Below are positions 9,625 through 18,116 of a stretch of 64,000 nucleotides of DNA, piece after piece; position 1 is the first letter of the stretch; every line of letters begins with the position of its first letter. The notes under the pieces are model-generated. The model had not been told where the DNA came from and made no database searches. It saw only the letters and a program-made list of their open reading frames with translations. The stretch lies in NCBI GenBank assembly GCA_035624355.1, contig DASPRQ010000012.1:22782-86781 (forward strand), read 5' to 3'. The stretch is from Usitatibacter sp. GTDB lineage: Bacteria; Pseudomonadota; Gammaproteobacteria; Burkholderiales; Usitatibacteraceae. Position numbers and translations under genes: made by a program.

Positions 9625-10992
9625 TCAGCCAGTGAAGAGGCGGTTGATGTCGTTGTAGAACGCGAAGACGGTGAGGCCGAGAAGGAGCGCGAGGCCGAAG
9701 CGCTGCCCGATCTCCATCGCACGTTCCGAGACGGGGCTGCCTTTCACGATTTCGGCGAAATAATACACCAGGTGTCCTCCGTCCAGCACCGGAATCGGCA
9801 GCAGGTTGAGGACCCCGAGGCTCACGCTCACGAGGGCGAGAAAGCCGAGCCACGCGAGCCATCCGAGCTGCGCGGATTGGCCCGCGTAGTCGGCGATGGT
9901 GATGGGTCCCGAGAGGTTGCGCCACGACACCTGGCCCATCGCCATGCGGAAGAGCATCTTCACGCTGAAGGCGCTGAGGTCGGCCACCTTCTGCGCGGCC
10001 TTGCCGAGCGCCGCGATCGGCCCGTAGCGCACCGTGGTCGTCATGCGCTCGTAGGCGAGCCGGAGCTGCGGCGAGGCCTCCACGCCGAGGCGGCCGATGC
10101 GCGCGCCGGCGCTTTCGACGGTGTCCGGGGTCGCGGCGAGCTCCATGCGCCGCCCGTGCCGCTCGACCTCGATCACGAGCGGCTTGTCCGGGCTCGCGGT
10201 GACGGCGGCGGTGAAGTCGAACCACGTGGCGATGGGCTTGCCCGAGACCGCGAGCACCAGGTCGCCCTCGGCGAGGCCCGCGCGCTCGGCGGCGCTGCCG
10301 GGCATCACGCGGCCGAGCCTCGCCGGCGCGGGCGGCCGGTACGGGCGCAGCCCCAGCTGGCCGAGGAAGTCGCGGTCGAGGTCCTCCTTGGAGATCCCGG
10401 CGAGGTCGAGGCGGCGCGTCACGAGGGCGCCCGCGGCGGTCTCGATGCCGAGCGTGGCCGGCCCGCGCTTCACCGCGTCCTTGAGCAGCAGCCAGCGCAC
10501 GTCGTTCCAGGTGTACGCGGGCTCGTCGTCCACCGAGCGCAGCGTGTCGCCGTTCACGAGCCCCGCGGCCGCCGCCGCGGTGCCCGCGGGAGGATCGCCC
10601 AGCACCGGCTTCACGCCGGGGATTCCGGCCACGAAGAGCCCCCAGTAGATCGCCACGGCGAGCAGCAGGTTCGCCGCCGGCCCGGCGAGCACGACGAGGA
10701 TGCGCGCCGCGACGCTCTTGTTGTTGAACGCGCGCGCCCTCTCGTGGGGCGCGACCTCGCCCTCGCGCTCGTCGAGCATCTTCACGAATCCGCCCAGCGG
10801 GACGGCGGAGATCGCCCACTCGGTGCGGTCGGGGCCGTAGCGCCCGACCCACAGCGTCCGGCCGAAGCCCACGTTGAAGCGCAGCACCTTCACGCCCACC
10901 AACCGCGCGACCGCGAAGTGGCCCAGCTCGTGGATCACCACGAGCACGCCCACGGTGACGAGGAAGGAGGCGATGGTGACGACGATGCTCAT
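9625..10992 (-). CDS. rseP: RIP metalloprotease RseP
   Basis: HELGH zinc motif, two PDZ-like segments, [12 protein letters not shown]. Confidence 0.97.
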   Translation of the reverse strand: MSIVVTIASFLVTVGVLVVIHELGHFAVARLVGVKVLRFNVGFGRTLWVGRYGPDRTEWAISAVPLGGFVKMLDEREGEVAPHERARAFNNKSVAARILVVLAGPAANLLLAVAIYWGLFVAGIPGVKPVLGDPPAGTAAAAAGLVNGDTLRSVDDEPAYTWNDVRWLLLKDAVKRGPATLGIETAAGALVTRRLDLAGISKEDLDRDFLGQLGLRPYRPPAPARLGRVMPGSAAERAGLAEGDLVLAVSGKPIATWFDFTAAVTASPDKPLVIEVERHGRRMELAATPDTVESAGARIGRLGVEASPQLRLAYERMTTTVRYGPIAALGKAAQKVADLSAFSVKMLFRMAMGQVSWRNLSGPITIADYAGQSAQLGWLAWLGFLALVSVSLGVLNLLPIPVLDGGHLVYYFAEIVKGSPVSERAMEIGQRFGLALLLGLTVFAFYNDINRLFTG

Positions 10993-12224
10993 GGGGCCTG
11001 GAGGCGGGACTGCGCGAGAGCGGGATGCGGCGACGCGCCGTGCCGGGCGACGAAGCGGGCCGCGAGGCCCCGCGCCTCGATATCGACAGCATAAACCTGC
11101 TCGAGGGAGGCGAGCGGCTCGACGCGGGTCTCCGCGAGCACCTTCTCGATCACCTCCGGGATCGCCGTGAACGGCAGCCGCCGGTCGAGAAACGCCTCCA
11201 CGGCGACCTCGTTCGCCGCGTTGAGCGCGGCCGGCGCCGTGCCTCCCAGGCGGATCGCCTCGGCCGCGAGCCCGAGGCACGGGAAGCGCACCGGGTCGGC
11301 GCGCTCGAACTCGAGCTTGCCGAGGCCCGCCAGGTCGAGCGGGCCCACGCCCGAGGCGATGCGCTCGGGCCACGCGAGCGCGCACGCGATGGGCGTGCGC
11401 ATGTCGGGGGCGCCGAGCTGCGCGATCACCGAGCCGTCGCGGTACTCGACCATCGAATGGATCACGCTCTGCGGGTGCACCACCACCTCGATCGCCTCGA
11501 GCGGCGCCCCGAACAGCCAGTGCGCCTCGATCACCTCGAGGCCCTTGTTCATCATCGTGGCCGAGTCCACCGAGATCTTGCGGCCCATGACCCAGTTGGG
11601 ATGCGCGCACGCCTGCTCCGGCGTCACGCGCGCGAGGCGTTCGACGGGCGTGGTGCGGAACGGCCCGCCCGATGCGGTGAGCACCACGCGCCGCGCCCCC
11701 GAGCGCTCGAACTCCCCCGGCCGCCCGCACACGAAGCCCCTCGGCAGCGACTGGAAGACGGCCGAGTGCTCGCTGTCGATGGGCAGCAGCGTCGCGCCGC
11801 CTTCCGCGAGCGCCGCGGTGAACAGCGCCCCCGACATGACGAGCGCCTCCTTGTTGGCGAGCAGCACCGCCTTGCCCGCGCGCGCCGCCGCGATGGTGGC
11901 GGGCAGGCCCGCGGCCCCCACGATGGCGGCCATCACGATGTCCACGTCGTGGGCGCCCGCCGCCTCCTCGAGCGCCGCGGGGCCCTGGCGCACGCGCGTG
12001 GGCAGCCCCTCGCGCCGCAGGGCCGCGTCGAGGCGCTCGGCGGCCGCCGCGTCCGCGAGCACCGCATGGGCCGGCCGGTGGGCGCGGCACTGCGCGAGCA
12101 GCCGCTCGTCGTTGCGGCCGGCGGCGAGCGCCGTGACCTCGTAGCGCTGCGGATGGCGCGCGACCACGTCGAGCGTGCTCGCCCCGATGGAGCCGGTGGA
12201 GCCGAGGATCGCCACGCGCTTCAT
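10989..12224 (-). CDS. dxr: 1-deoxy-D-xylulose-5-phosphate reductoisomerase
   Basis: [43 protein letters not shown]. Confidence 0.98.
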   Translation of the reverse strand: MKRVAILGSTGSIGASTLDVVARHPQRYEVTALAAGRNDERLLAQCRAHRPAHAVLADAAAAERLDAALRREGLPTRVRQGPAALEEAAGAHDVDIVMAAIVGAAGLPATIAAARAGKAVLLANKEALVMSGALFTAALAEGGATLLPIDSEHSAVFQSLPRGFVCGRPGEFERSGARRVVLTASGGPFRTTPVERLARVTPEQACAHPNWVMGRKISVDSATMMNKGLEVIEAHWLFGAPLEAIEVVVHPQSVIHSMVEYRDGSVIAQLGAPDMRTPIACALAWPERIASGVGPLDLAGLGKLEFERADPVRFPCLGLAAEAIRLGGTAPAALNAANEVAVEAFLDRRLPFTAIPEVIEKVLAETRVEPLASLEQVYAVDIEARGLAARFVARHGASPHPALAQSRLQAP

Positions 12225-13066
12225 GGCCGCATCGCCCTCACGGCGAGCGCGAGCGCCGCCACGGGCAGCGTCGAGGTGAGCGCATCCACGCGGTCGAGCA
12301 CGCCGCCGTGCCCCGGAAGCAGCGAGCTCGAGTCCTTCACGCCCGCCCCGCGCTTCATCCACGACTCGAAGAGGTCCCCCACGACGCTCAGGGCCGCGAG
12401 CGCCACCATCGCCGCGACCGCCGGGACCCCGCCCCACGCGTCGAACACGTCGGTGAACGGCCTCGCCTGGAAGCGGGCGATGGCGGCGAGCGCGATCCCG
12501 TAGGCCGCCACCGCCGCGAGCGCGGCGGCGAGCCCTTCCCAGGTCTTGCCGGGGCTCACCTGCGGGGCGAGCTTGCGCCGGCCGAAGCGCCGCCCGGCGA
12601 AGTAGGCCGCGATGTCGGCCACCCACACGAGGGCGGCCGCGGCGAGCAGGATCCAGGGACCTCGCTCGCGCAGCACGACGAAGGCGACCCAGGTGGGCCA
12701 GATCACGATCCAGCCCGCGGCGGCGGCGAGCGGCGAGGCGGGGCGAAGGTGCCGCGCGAGCCACAGCGGCGCCACCGCCACCCAGAAGACGGTCGCGATC
12801 CCGAAGGCGGCCAGCGCGAGGGCCTCGAAGGGCGCGCGCGGGCCCAGCACGTAGAGCAGCCAGGAAGCGGCCCCCGCCGCCCCCGACAGCGCGAGGAAGG
12901 TCGCGCGCGCGCCGCGCCCGAGGCCGCACAGCCGCGACCATTCCCAGAGGCCGACGAGCGCCACGGCGAGCATGAAGAGCGACCAGAGCGCGGGAGGGGC
13001 GAGGAAAACCATCGCCAGCAGGACCGCGAGGGCCGCGACCGCGGTGACGACACGGGTGGCAAGCAT
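12221..13066 (-). CDS. cdsA: Phosphatidate cytidylyltransferase
   Basis: [29 protein letters not shown]...[18 protein letters not shown]. Confidence 0.96.
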   Translation of the reverse strand: MLATRVVTAVAALAVLLAMVFLAPPALWSLFMLAVALVGLWEWSRLCGLGRGARATFLALSGAAGAASWLLYVLGPRAPFEALALAAFGIATVFWVAVAPLWLARHLRPASPLAAAAGWIVIWPTWVAFVVLRERGPWILLAAAALVWVADIAAYFAGRRFGRRKLAPQVSPGKTWEGLAAALAAVAAYGIALAAIARFQARPFTDVFDAWGGVPAVAAMVALAALSVVGDLFESWMKRGAGVKDSSSLLPGHGGVLDRVDALTSTLPVAALALAVRAMRP

Positions 13067-13074
13067 GGCGGCCG

Positions 13075-13842
13075 TCAGCCGGCCCGGCTCTGCGGCTCGC
13101 CCTCGGCGAGCTGCTCGCTCGTGCGCCCGAAACGGCGCTCGCGGCGGCGGTAGGACGCGATGGCCTCGTCGAGCGGCTGGGCGCCGAAGTCCGGCCAGAG
13201 GGCGTCGGTGAAGTAGAGCTCGGTGTAGGCGAGTTGCCACAGCAGGAAGTTGGACACGCGCTTCTCGCCCCCGGTTCGGATGAAGAGGTCCGGCTCCGGC
13301 GCGTAGCTCATCGACAGGTGCCGCGCGAGACGCTCCTCGGTGATGGGCGCGTGCGGGTCCTCGGCCAGGCACCGGCCGGCCGCCTGCAGGATGTCCCAGC
13401 GGCCCCCGTAGTTGGCCGCGACGGTGAGGGTGAGGCGCCGGTTCTCGGAGGTGAGCTCTTCGCCGCGGCGCACGAGCTCGCGGATGCGCGGGTCGAAGGG
13501 CGAAAGGTCGCCCACGACCTTGAAGCGGATGCCGTTCGAGTGCAGCTTCTCCACCTCCTGCTCGAGCGCGCGCAGGAAGAGCTGCATGAGCAACGAGACC
13601 TCCTCGGGCGGGCGGCGCCAGTTCTCGCTCGAGAACGCGAAGAGCGTGAGGTACTCGATGCCGCGCTCGATGCAGGCCTTCACGACCTCGCGCACGGTCT
13701 CGACCCCGCGGCGGTGGCCCGCGACCCGGGGCAGGAAGCGGCGCTTCGCCCAGCGGCCGTTGCCGTCCATGATGATCGCGACGTGGCGGGGAACGTTCCC
13801 CGTCCCGGGGATCGACTGCGTGGAGCTCTCGAAGTCAGCCAT
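13075..13842 (-). CDS. uppS: Undecaprenyl diphosphate synthase
   Basis: [42 protein letters not shown]. Confidence 0.98.
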   Translation of the reverse strand: MADFESSTQSIPGTGNVPRHVAIIMDGNGRWAKRRFLPRVAGHRRGVETVREVVKACIERGIEYLTLFAFSSENWRRPPEEVSLLMQLFLRALEQEVEKLHSNGIRFKVVGDLSPFDPRIRELVRRGEELTSENRRLTLTVAANYGGRWDILQAAGRCLAEDPHAPITEERLARHLSMSYAPEPDLFIRTGGEKRVSNFLLWQLAYTELYFTDALWPDFGAQPLDEAIASYRRRERRFGRTSEQLAEGEPQSRAG

Positions 13843-13845
13843 TCG

Positions 13846-14406
13846 TCACACCGACATGACGTCCTTTTCCTTCTCCGCCACGACCTTGTCGATGTCCGCG
13901 ATGGCCTTGTCGGTCATCTTCTGGACCTCGTCCTGGGCGCGCTTCTCGGCGTCCTCGCTCACCTCCCCGTCCTTGAGCAGGTCCTTGAGGTGCGTGATGG
14001 CGTCGCGGCGGATGTTGCGCACCGCCACCTTCGCGTTCTCGCCCTCGTGCTTCACGATCTTCGTGAGCTCCCGGCGGCGCTCCTCGGTGAGCGGCGGCAT
14101 CGGCACGCGCACCACGTCGCCGGAGGTCGCGGGATTCACTCCGAGGTCGGAATCGCGGATCGCCCGCTCCACCACCTGGATCATCTTCTTCTCGTAGGGC
14201 TGGATCGCGATGGTGCGGGCGTCGGCCAGCGTCACGTTCGCGACCTGGTTGATGGGCACCTCGGAGCCGTAGTAGTCGACGCGCAGGTGGTCGATGAGGC
14301 CCGTGTGCGCCCGCCCCGTGCGGATCTTGGCGAGGTCGTGCCGGAGCGTCTCGATCGACTTGGCCATCTTGTCGGTCGCCTGCTTCTTGATGTCCGCGAT
14401 GTTCAT
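13846..14406 (-). CDS. frr: Ribosome recycling factor
   Basis: [27 protein letters not shown]. Confidence 0.98.
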   Translation of the reverse strand: MNIADIKKQATDKMAKSIETLRHDLAKIRTGRAHTGLIDHLRVDYYGSEVPINQVANVTLADARTIAIQPYEKKMIQVVERAIRDSDLGVNPATSGDVVRVPMPPLTEERRRELTKIVKHEGENAKVAVRNIRRDAITHLKDLLKDGEVSEDAEKRAQDEVQKMTDKAIADIDKVVAEKEKDVMSV

Positions 14407-14433
14407 CGAACTGACCCCCGCCCCGATGCCGAT

Positions 14434-15222
14434 TCAGTTATGGACCAGCGTCCCTTCGTCCTCGCCCATCACCACCCGTTTGAGCGCACCCGACTTGAAG
14501 ATGGAGAACACGTTGATCGGCAGCTTCTGGTCGCGGCACAGCGCGAGCGCGGTCGCGTCCATCACCTTGAGGTTCCTCACGAACGCCTCGTCGAAGGTGA
14601 TCTTCGCGTAGCGCGTGGCGCTCTTGTCCTTCATCGGGTCGGCGGTGTAGACGCCGTCCACCTTGGTCGCCTTGAGGACGATCTTCGCCTCGACCTCGCG
14701 CCCGCGCAGCGCCGCCGCGGTGTCGGTCGTGAAGAACGGGTTCCCGGTGCCCGCGGCGAAGATCACGATCTTGCCCTCCTCGAGGTAGCGGATCGCCTTG
14801 CCCCTGATGTAGGGCTCGCACACCGGCTCGATGTTGAGGGCCGACTGCACGCGGGCGACCAGCCCCGCGCGGTTCATCGCGTCCTGGAGCGCGAGCGCGT
14901 TGATGACCGTCGCGAGCATGCCCATGTAGTCGGCGGTCGCGCGGTCCATGCCCGCCGCGCCCTGGGAGACGCCGCGGAAGATGTTGCCCCCGCCGATCAC
15001 CACGCCCACCTGCACGCCGAGGTCGGAGACCTCCTTCACCTCGCCCACGATGCGGTCGACGGTCTCGCGGTTGATGCCGAAGGAGTCGTTGCCCATCAGC
15101 GCCTCCCCCGAGAGCTTGAGGAGGATGCGCGAGTAGGCCGGCACGGCCGGGGGATTCGCCTCCGGCACGGGCGCCGCCGCCGCGGGGGCCGTCCCGGGAG
15201 GAGTCGCGATCGGAGTGGCCAC
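14434..15222 (-). CDS. pyrH: UMP kinase
   Basis: [35 protein letters not shown]. Start ambiguous: GTG 15222 with SD, or GTG 15144. Confidence 0.97.
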   Translation of the reverse strand: MATPIATPPGTAPAAAAPVPEANPPAVPAYSRILLKLSGEALMGNDSFGINRETVDRIVGEVKEVSDLGVQVGVVIGGGNIFRGVSQGAAGMDRATADYMGMLATVINALALQDAMNRAGLVARVQSALNIEPVCEPYIRGKAIRYLEEGKIVIFAAGTGNPFFTTDTAAALRGREVEAKIVLKATKVDGVYTADPMKDKSATRYAKITFDEAFVRNLKVMDATALALCRDQKLPINVFSIFKSGALKRVVMGEDEGTLVHN

Positions 15223-15230
15223 GGCGTCCC

Positions 15231-16109
15231 TCAGGCGGCGCTGCGAGCCATCGCGGCGACTTCCGAGGAGAAGTCACTGCTTTTTTTTTCGATGCCTTCT
15301 CCGACCACGAGGAAGCGGTAGCCGCGCACGCGGGTCTTGCGCGCCGCGAGCATCTTCTCCACGGTCTGCTTGTCGTCCTTGACGAACGGCTGCCCGAGGA
15401 GCGTGTTCTCGGCGATGAACTTGCTGATCCCTCCCTCGACCATCTTGGCGACGATCTCGGGCGGCTTGCCCGATTCCTTCGCGCGCGCCTCGAGGATGCG
15501 CCGCTCGGCGGCGACCTCGTCCGCGGGGAACTGGTCCCGGGAAAGGTAGCGCGGCTTCGCGAACGCGACGTGCATCGCGACGTCCTTCGCGGCGGCCTCG
15601 TCGCCCTCGTAGTCCACCATCACGCCGATCTTCACGCCGTGGACGTACTTCTCCAGCCGGCCCGGGGTCTCGATGCGCACGAAGCGGCGTACGGCGATGT
15701 TCTCGCCGATCTTCTGCACGAGCGCCTGGCGCGACTCCTCGACCGTCTTGCCGCCCATGGGGAGCGCCGCGAGCGCCGCCACGTCGGCGGGGTCGCGCGT
15801 CGCGACGAGCTCGGCCACCCCCTGGGCGAAGGCCGCGAACTCGGGGTTGCGCGCGACGAAGTCCGTCTCGCTGTTGACCTCCACCATCGCGCCGAGCTTG
15901 CCGTCGGGCGAGAGGTACACGCCGATCGCCCCTTCCGCGGCGACCCGCGAGGCGGCCTTCGAGGCCTTCGCGCCGCTCTTGATGCGCAGCAGCTCCTCGG
16001 CCTTCTTCATGTCGCCGCCCGCTTCCTCGAGCGCCTTCTTGCACTCCATCATGCCGAGCCCGGTGAGCTCGCGCAGTTCCTTGACCCTGCCCGCGGTGAT
16101 TTCCGCCAT
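15231..16109 (-). CDS. tsf: Elongation factor Ts
   Basis: [36 protein letters not shown]. Confidence 0.98.
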   Translation of the reverse strand: MAEITAGRVKELRELTGLGMMECKKALEEAGGDMKKAEELLRIKSGAKASKAASRVAAEGAIGVYLSPDGKLGAMVEVNSETDFVARNPEFAAFAQGVAELVATRDPADVAALAALPMGGKTVEESRQALVQKIGENIAVRRFVRIETPGRLEKYVHGVKIGVMVDYEGDEAAAKDVAMHVAFAKPRYLSRDQFPADEVAAERRILEARAKESGKPPEIVAKMVEGGISKFIAENTLLGQPFVKDDKQTVEKMLAARKTRVRGYRFLVVGEGIEKKSSDFSSEVAAMARSAA

Positions 16110-16162
16110 CTCGCCTTTCTCCGATCTCACGTCGATCCCGCGCCGGCGGGAACCTACCTGCG

Positions 16163-16187
16163 AAAAAGGGGCGCGCCCGCCCCTTTC
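16163..16187 (-). terminator. Intrinsic terminator/attenuator-like hairpin between rpsB and tsf
   Basis: Minus strand reads AAAAGGGGCGGGCGCGCCCCTTTTT: GC stem followed by a T run. An rpsB-tsf attenuator is known in E. coli. Confidence 0.7.
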
Positions 16188-16233
16188 GCGCCGGGCCTTC
16201 CGGGGCCTGTCCCCGCGGGGAGCCCCGGGCCCG

Positions 16234-16980
16234 TCACTGCTTCTCGGCTTCCTCGACCTCGACGAACTCCTCGCTCGGCTGGGCCACCATCTCGCTCACC
16301 ACCTGGCTGCGGCCCTCGAGGATCGCGTCGGCGACCCCGCGCGCGTAGAGGCGGATGGCGCGCGTGGAATCGTCGTTGCCCGGGATCACGTAGTCGATCC
16401 CCTCGAGCGAGTTGTTCGAGTCCACGACGCCCACGATGGGGATGCCCAGCGTGCGCGCCTCGGTGACGGCGATCTTGTGGAAGCCCACGTCGATCACGAA
16501 GAGCGCGTCGGGGATGCCGCCCATCTCCTTGAAGCCGCCGAGCGAGCGCTCGAGCTTCTCGCGCTCGCGGTTGAAGTGCAGCTGCTCCTTCTTCGAGAGC
16601 CGCTCGATCGAGCCGTCGGCGACCATCTGGTCCATGTCCTTGAGCCGCTTGATGGACTGCTTGACGGTCTTGAAGTTCGTGAGCATGCCGCCGAGCCAGC
16701 GGTAGTCGACGTACGGGGCGCCGGCCCGCTGCGCCTCTTCCTTGACGATCTCGCGCGCCTGGCGCTTCGTCCCCACGAAGAGGATCTGCCCCTTGTTGGC
16801 GGCGAGGTTGCGCACGAACTTGAGCGCTTCCTGGTACATCGGAAGCGACTTCTCGAGGTTGATGATGTGGATCTTGTTGCGGGACCCGAAGATGTACGGA
16901 GCCATCTTGGGGTTCCAGTAGCGCGTCTGGTGGCCGAAGTGCACGCCGGCCTCCAGCATCTGGCGCATGGTGACGGACAT
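16234..16980 (-). CDS. rpsB: 30S ribosomal protein S2
   Basis: [38 protein letters not shown]. Confidence 0.99.
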   Translation of the reverse strand: MSVTMRQMLEAGVHFGHQTRYWNPKMAPYIFGSRNKIHIINLEKSLPMYQEALKFVRNLAANKGQILFVGTKRQAREIVKEEAQRAGAPYVDYRWLGGMLTNFKTVKQSIKRLKDMDQMVADGSIERLSKKEQLHFNREREKLERSLGGFKEMGGIPDALFVIDVGFHKIAVTEARTLGIPIVGVVDSNNSLEGIDYVIPGNDDSTRAIRLYARGVADAILEGRSQVVSEMVAQPSEEFVEVEEAEKQ

Positions 16981-17112
16981 TCCCTGAAACTCCTGTCGGT
17001 TAAGGTTGGGCCTCCCCCGCCTGCGAGCCCGTTCGGCTGCGCGCTTCGTGCGCGACGCATCGGGGCCACCTTAAGCCTATTGGCGGGGTGCGGATTGGTG
17101 GACGACGAAAAG
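16981..17112 (-). ncRNA. Structured rpsB 5' leader (t44-like S2 autoregulatory element)
   Basis: About 130-nt leader after TATAAT (17119-17124). Complementary blocks CCCCGCC/GGCGGGG and TTAAGGT-GGCC/GGCC-CA-ACCTTAA. GGAGGC..AACC segment resembles the conserved 3' part of proteobacterial rpsB leaders. Not tested against a covariance model. Confidence 0.6.
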
Positions 17113-17118
17113 CACGCC

Positions 17119-17124
17119 ATTATA
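17119..17124 (-). promoter_or_regulatory. Sigma70 -10 box of the rpsB operon with GC-rich discriminator
   Basis: Perfect TATAAT followed by GGCGTGC on the minus strand. Confidence 0.7.
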
Positions 17125-17204
17125 GCCCGAAAGCCCCGTTCCTTCAATCATTTCCGCGCCTGCGCGGGCGGGCGGGGCGCCCGATCGCCCGCCCCGGGCG
17201 GCGA

Positions 17205-17210
17205 TATAAT
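17205..17210 (+). promoter_or_regulatory. -10 box 6 nt before the map ATG (leaderless-type)
   Basis: TATAAT-CACGGC-ATG, no SD. Confidence 0.7.
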
Positions 17211-17216
17211 CACGGC

Positions 17217-18059
17217 ATGGAAGGCCGCCTCCGCAACCCCGGCACCCCGGTGAAGACCCCCGACGAGATCGAAGGCATGCGCGTGGCCGGGCGACTGGCC
17301 GCCGACGTGCTCGACTACATCACCCCCTTCGTGAAGCCGGGCGTGACCACCGGCCACCTGGACAAGCTCTGCCACGAGTACATGGTGGACGTCCAGCGCA
17401 CGATCCCGGCCCCGCTCAACTACGCCCCGCCGGGGCACCGGCCCTATCCCAAGTCGGTGTGCACCTCGGTGAACCACCAGGTCTGCCACGGCGTGCCCGG
17501 CGACAAGGTGCTGCGCCACGGCGACATCGTGAACATCGACGTGACCGTCATCAAGGAGGGCTGGCACGGCGACACGAGCCGCATGTTCTACGCGGGCGAG
17601 CCCTCGGTGCAGGCGAAGCGCCTGTGCGAGGTGACCTACGAGGCCATGTGGAAGGGCATCGCGGCGGTGCGCCCCGGGGCGACGCTCGGCGACATCGGTT
17701 CGGCGGTGCAGCGCCACGCCGAGAGCCACGGCTTCAGCGTGGTGCGCGAGTTCTGCGGCCACGGCATCGGGAGGCGCTTCCACGAGGAGCCGCAAGTGCT
17801 GCACTACGGGCGGCCGGGCCAGGGCATGAGGCTCGAGCCCGGCATGACCTTCACCGTCGAGCCGATGATCAACGCGGGCAAGCGCGACATCCGCCAGCTC
17901 GCCGACGGCTGGACCATCGTCACCGCGGACCACTCGCTCTCGGCGCAGTGGGAGCACACCATCCTCGTCACCGAGGAGGCTTTCGAGATCCTCACGGTCT
18001 CGCCCGGGATGCCCGCCCCGCCCGCGTTCGTCGCGGAGCGCGCGCGCCACCCCGCCTGA
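17217..18059 (+). CDS. map: Methionine aminopeptidase type I
   Basis: YPKSVCTSVNHQVCHGVP, DIVNIDVTV, CGHGIG...FHEEP, FTVEPMIN, SAQWEHT. Confidence 0.98.
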   Translation: MEGRLRNPGTPVKTPDEIEGMRVAGRLAADVLDYITPFVKPGVTTGHLDKLCHEYMVDVQRTIPAPLNYAPPGHRPYPKSVCTSVNHQVCHGVPGDKVLRHGDIVNIDVTVIKEGWHGDTSRMFYAGEPSVQAKRLCEVTYEAMWKGIAAVRPGATLGDIGSAVQRHAESHGFSVVREFCGHGIGRRFHEEPQVLHYGRPGQGMRLEPGMTFTVEPMINAGKRDIRQLADGWTIVTADHSLSAQWEHTILVTEEAFEILTVSPGMPAPPAFVAERARHPA

Positions 18060-18104
18060 GCGCGCCCCCCGCGGCCGCGCGCCGCGTGGGCCTCGCCCTT
18101 CCGC

Positions 18105-18110
18105 TATAGT
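18105..18110 (+). promoter_or_regulatory. -10 box 6 nt before the glnD ATG (leaderless-type)
   Basis: TATAGT-CCCCGG-ATG, no SD. Confidence 0.6.
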
Positions 18111-18116
18111 CCCCGG

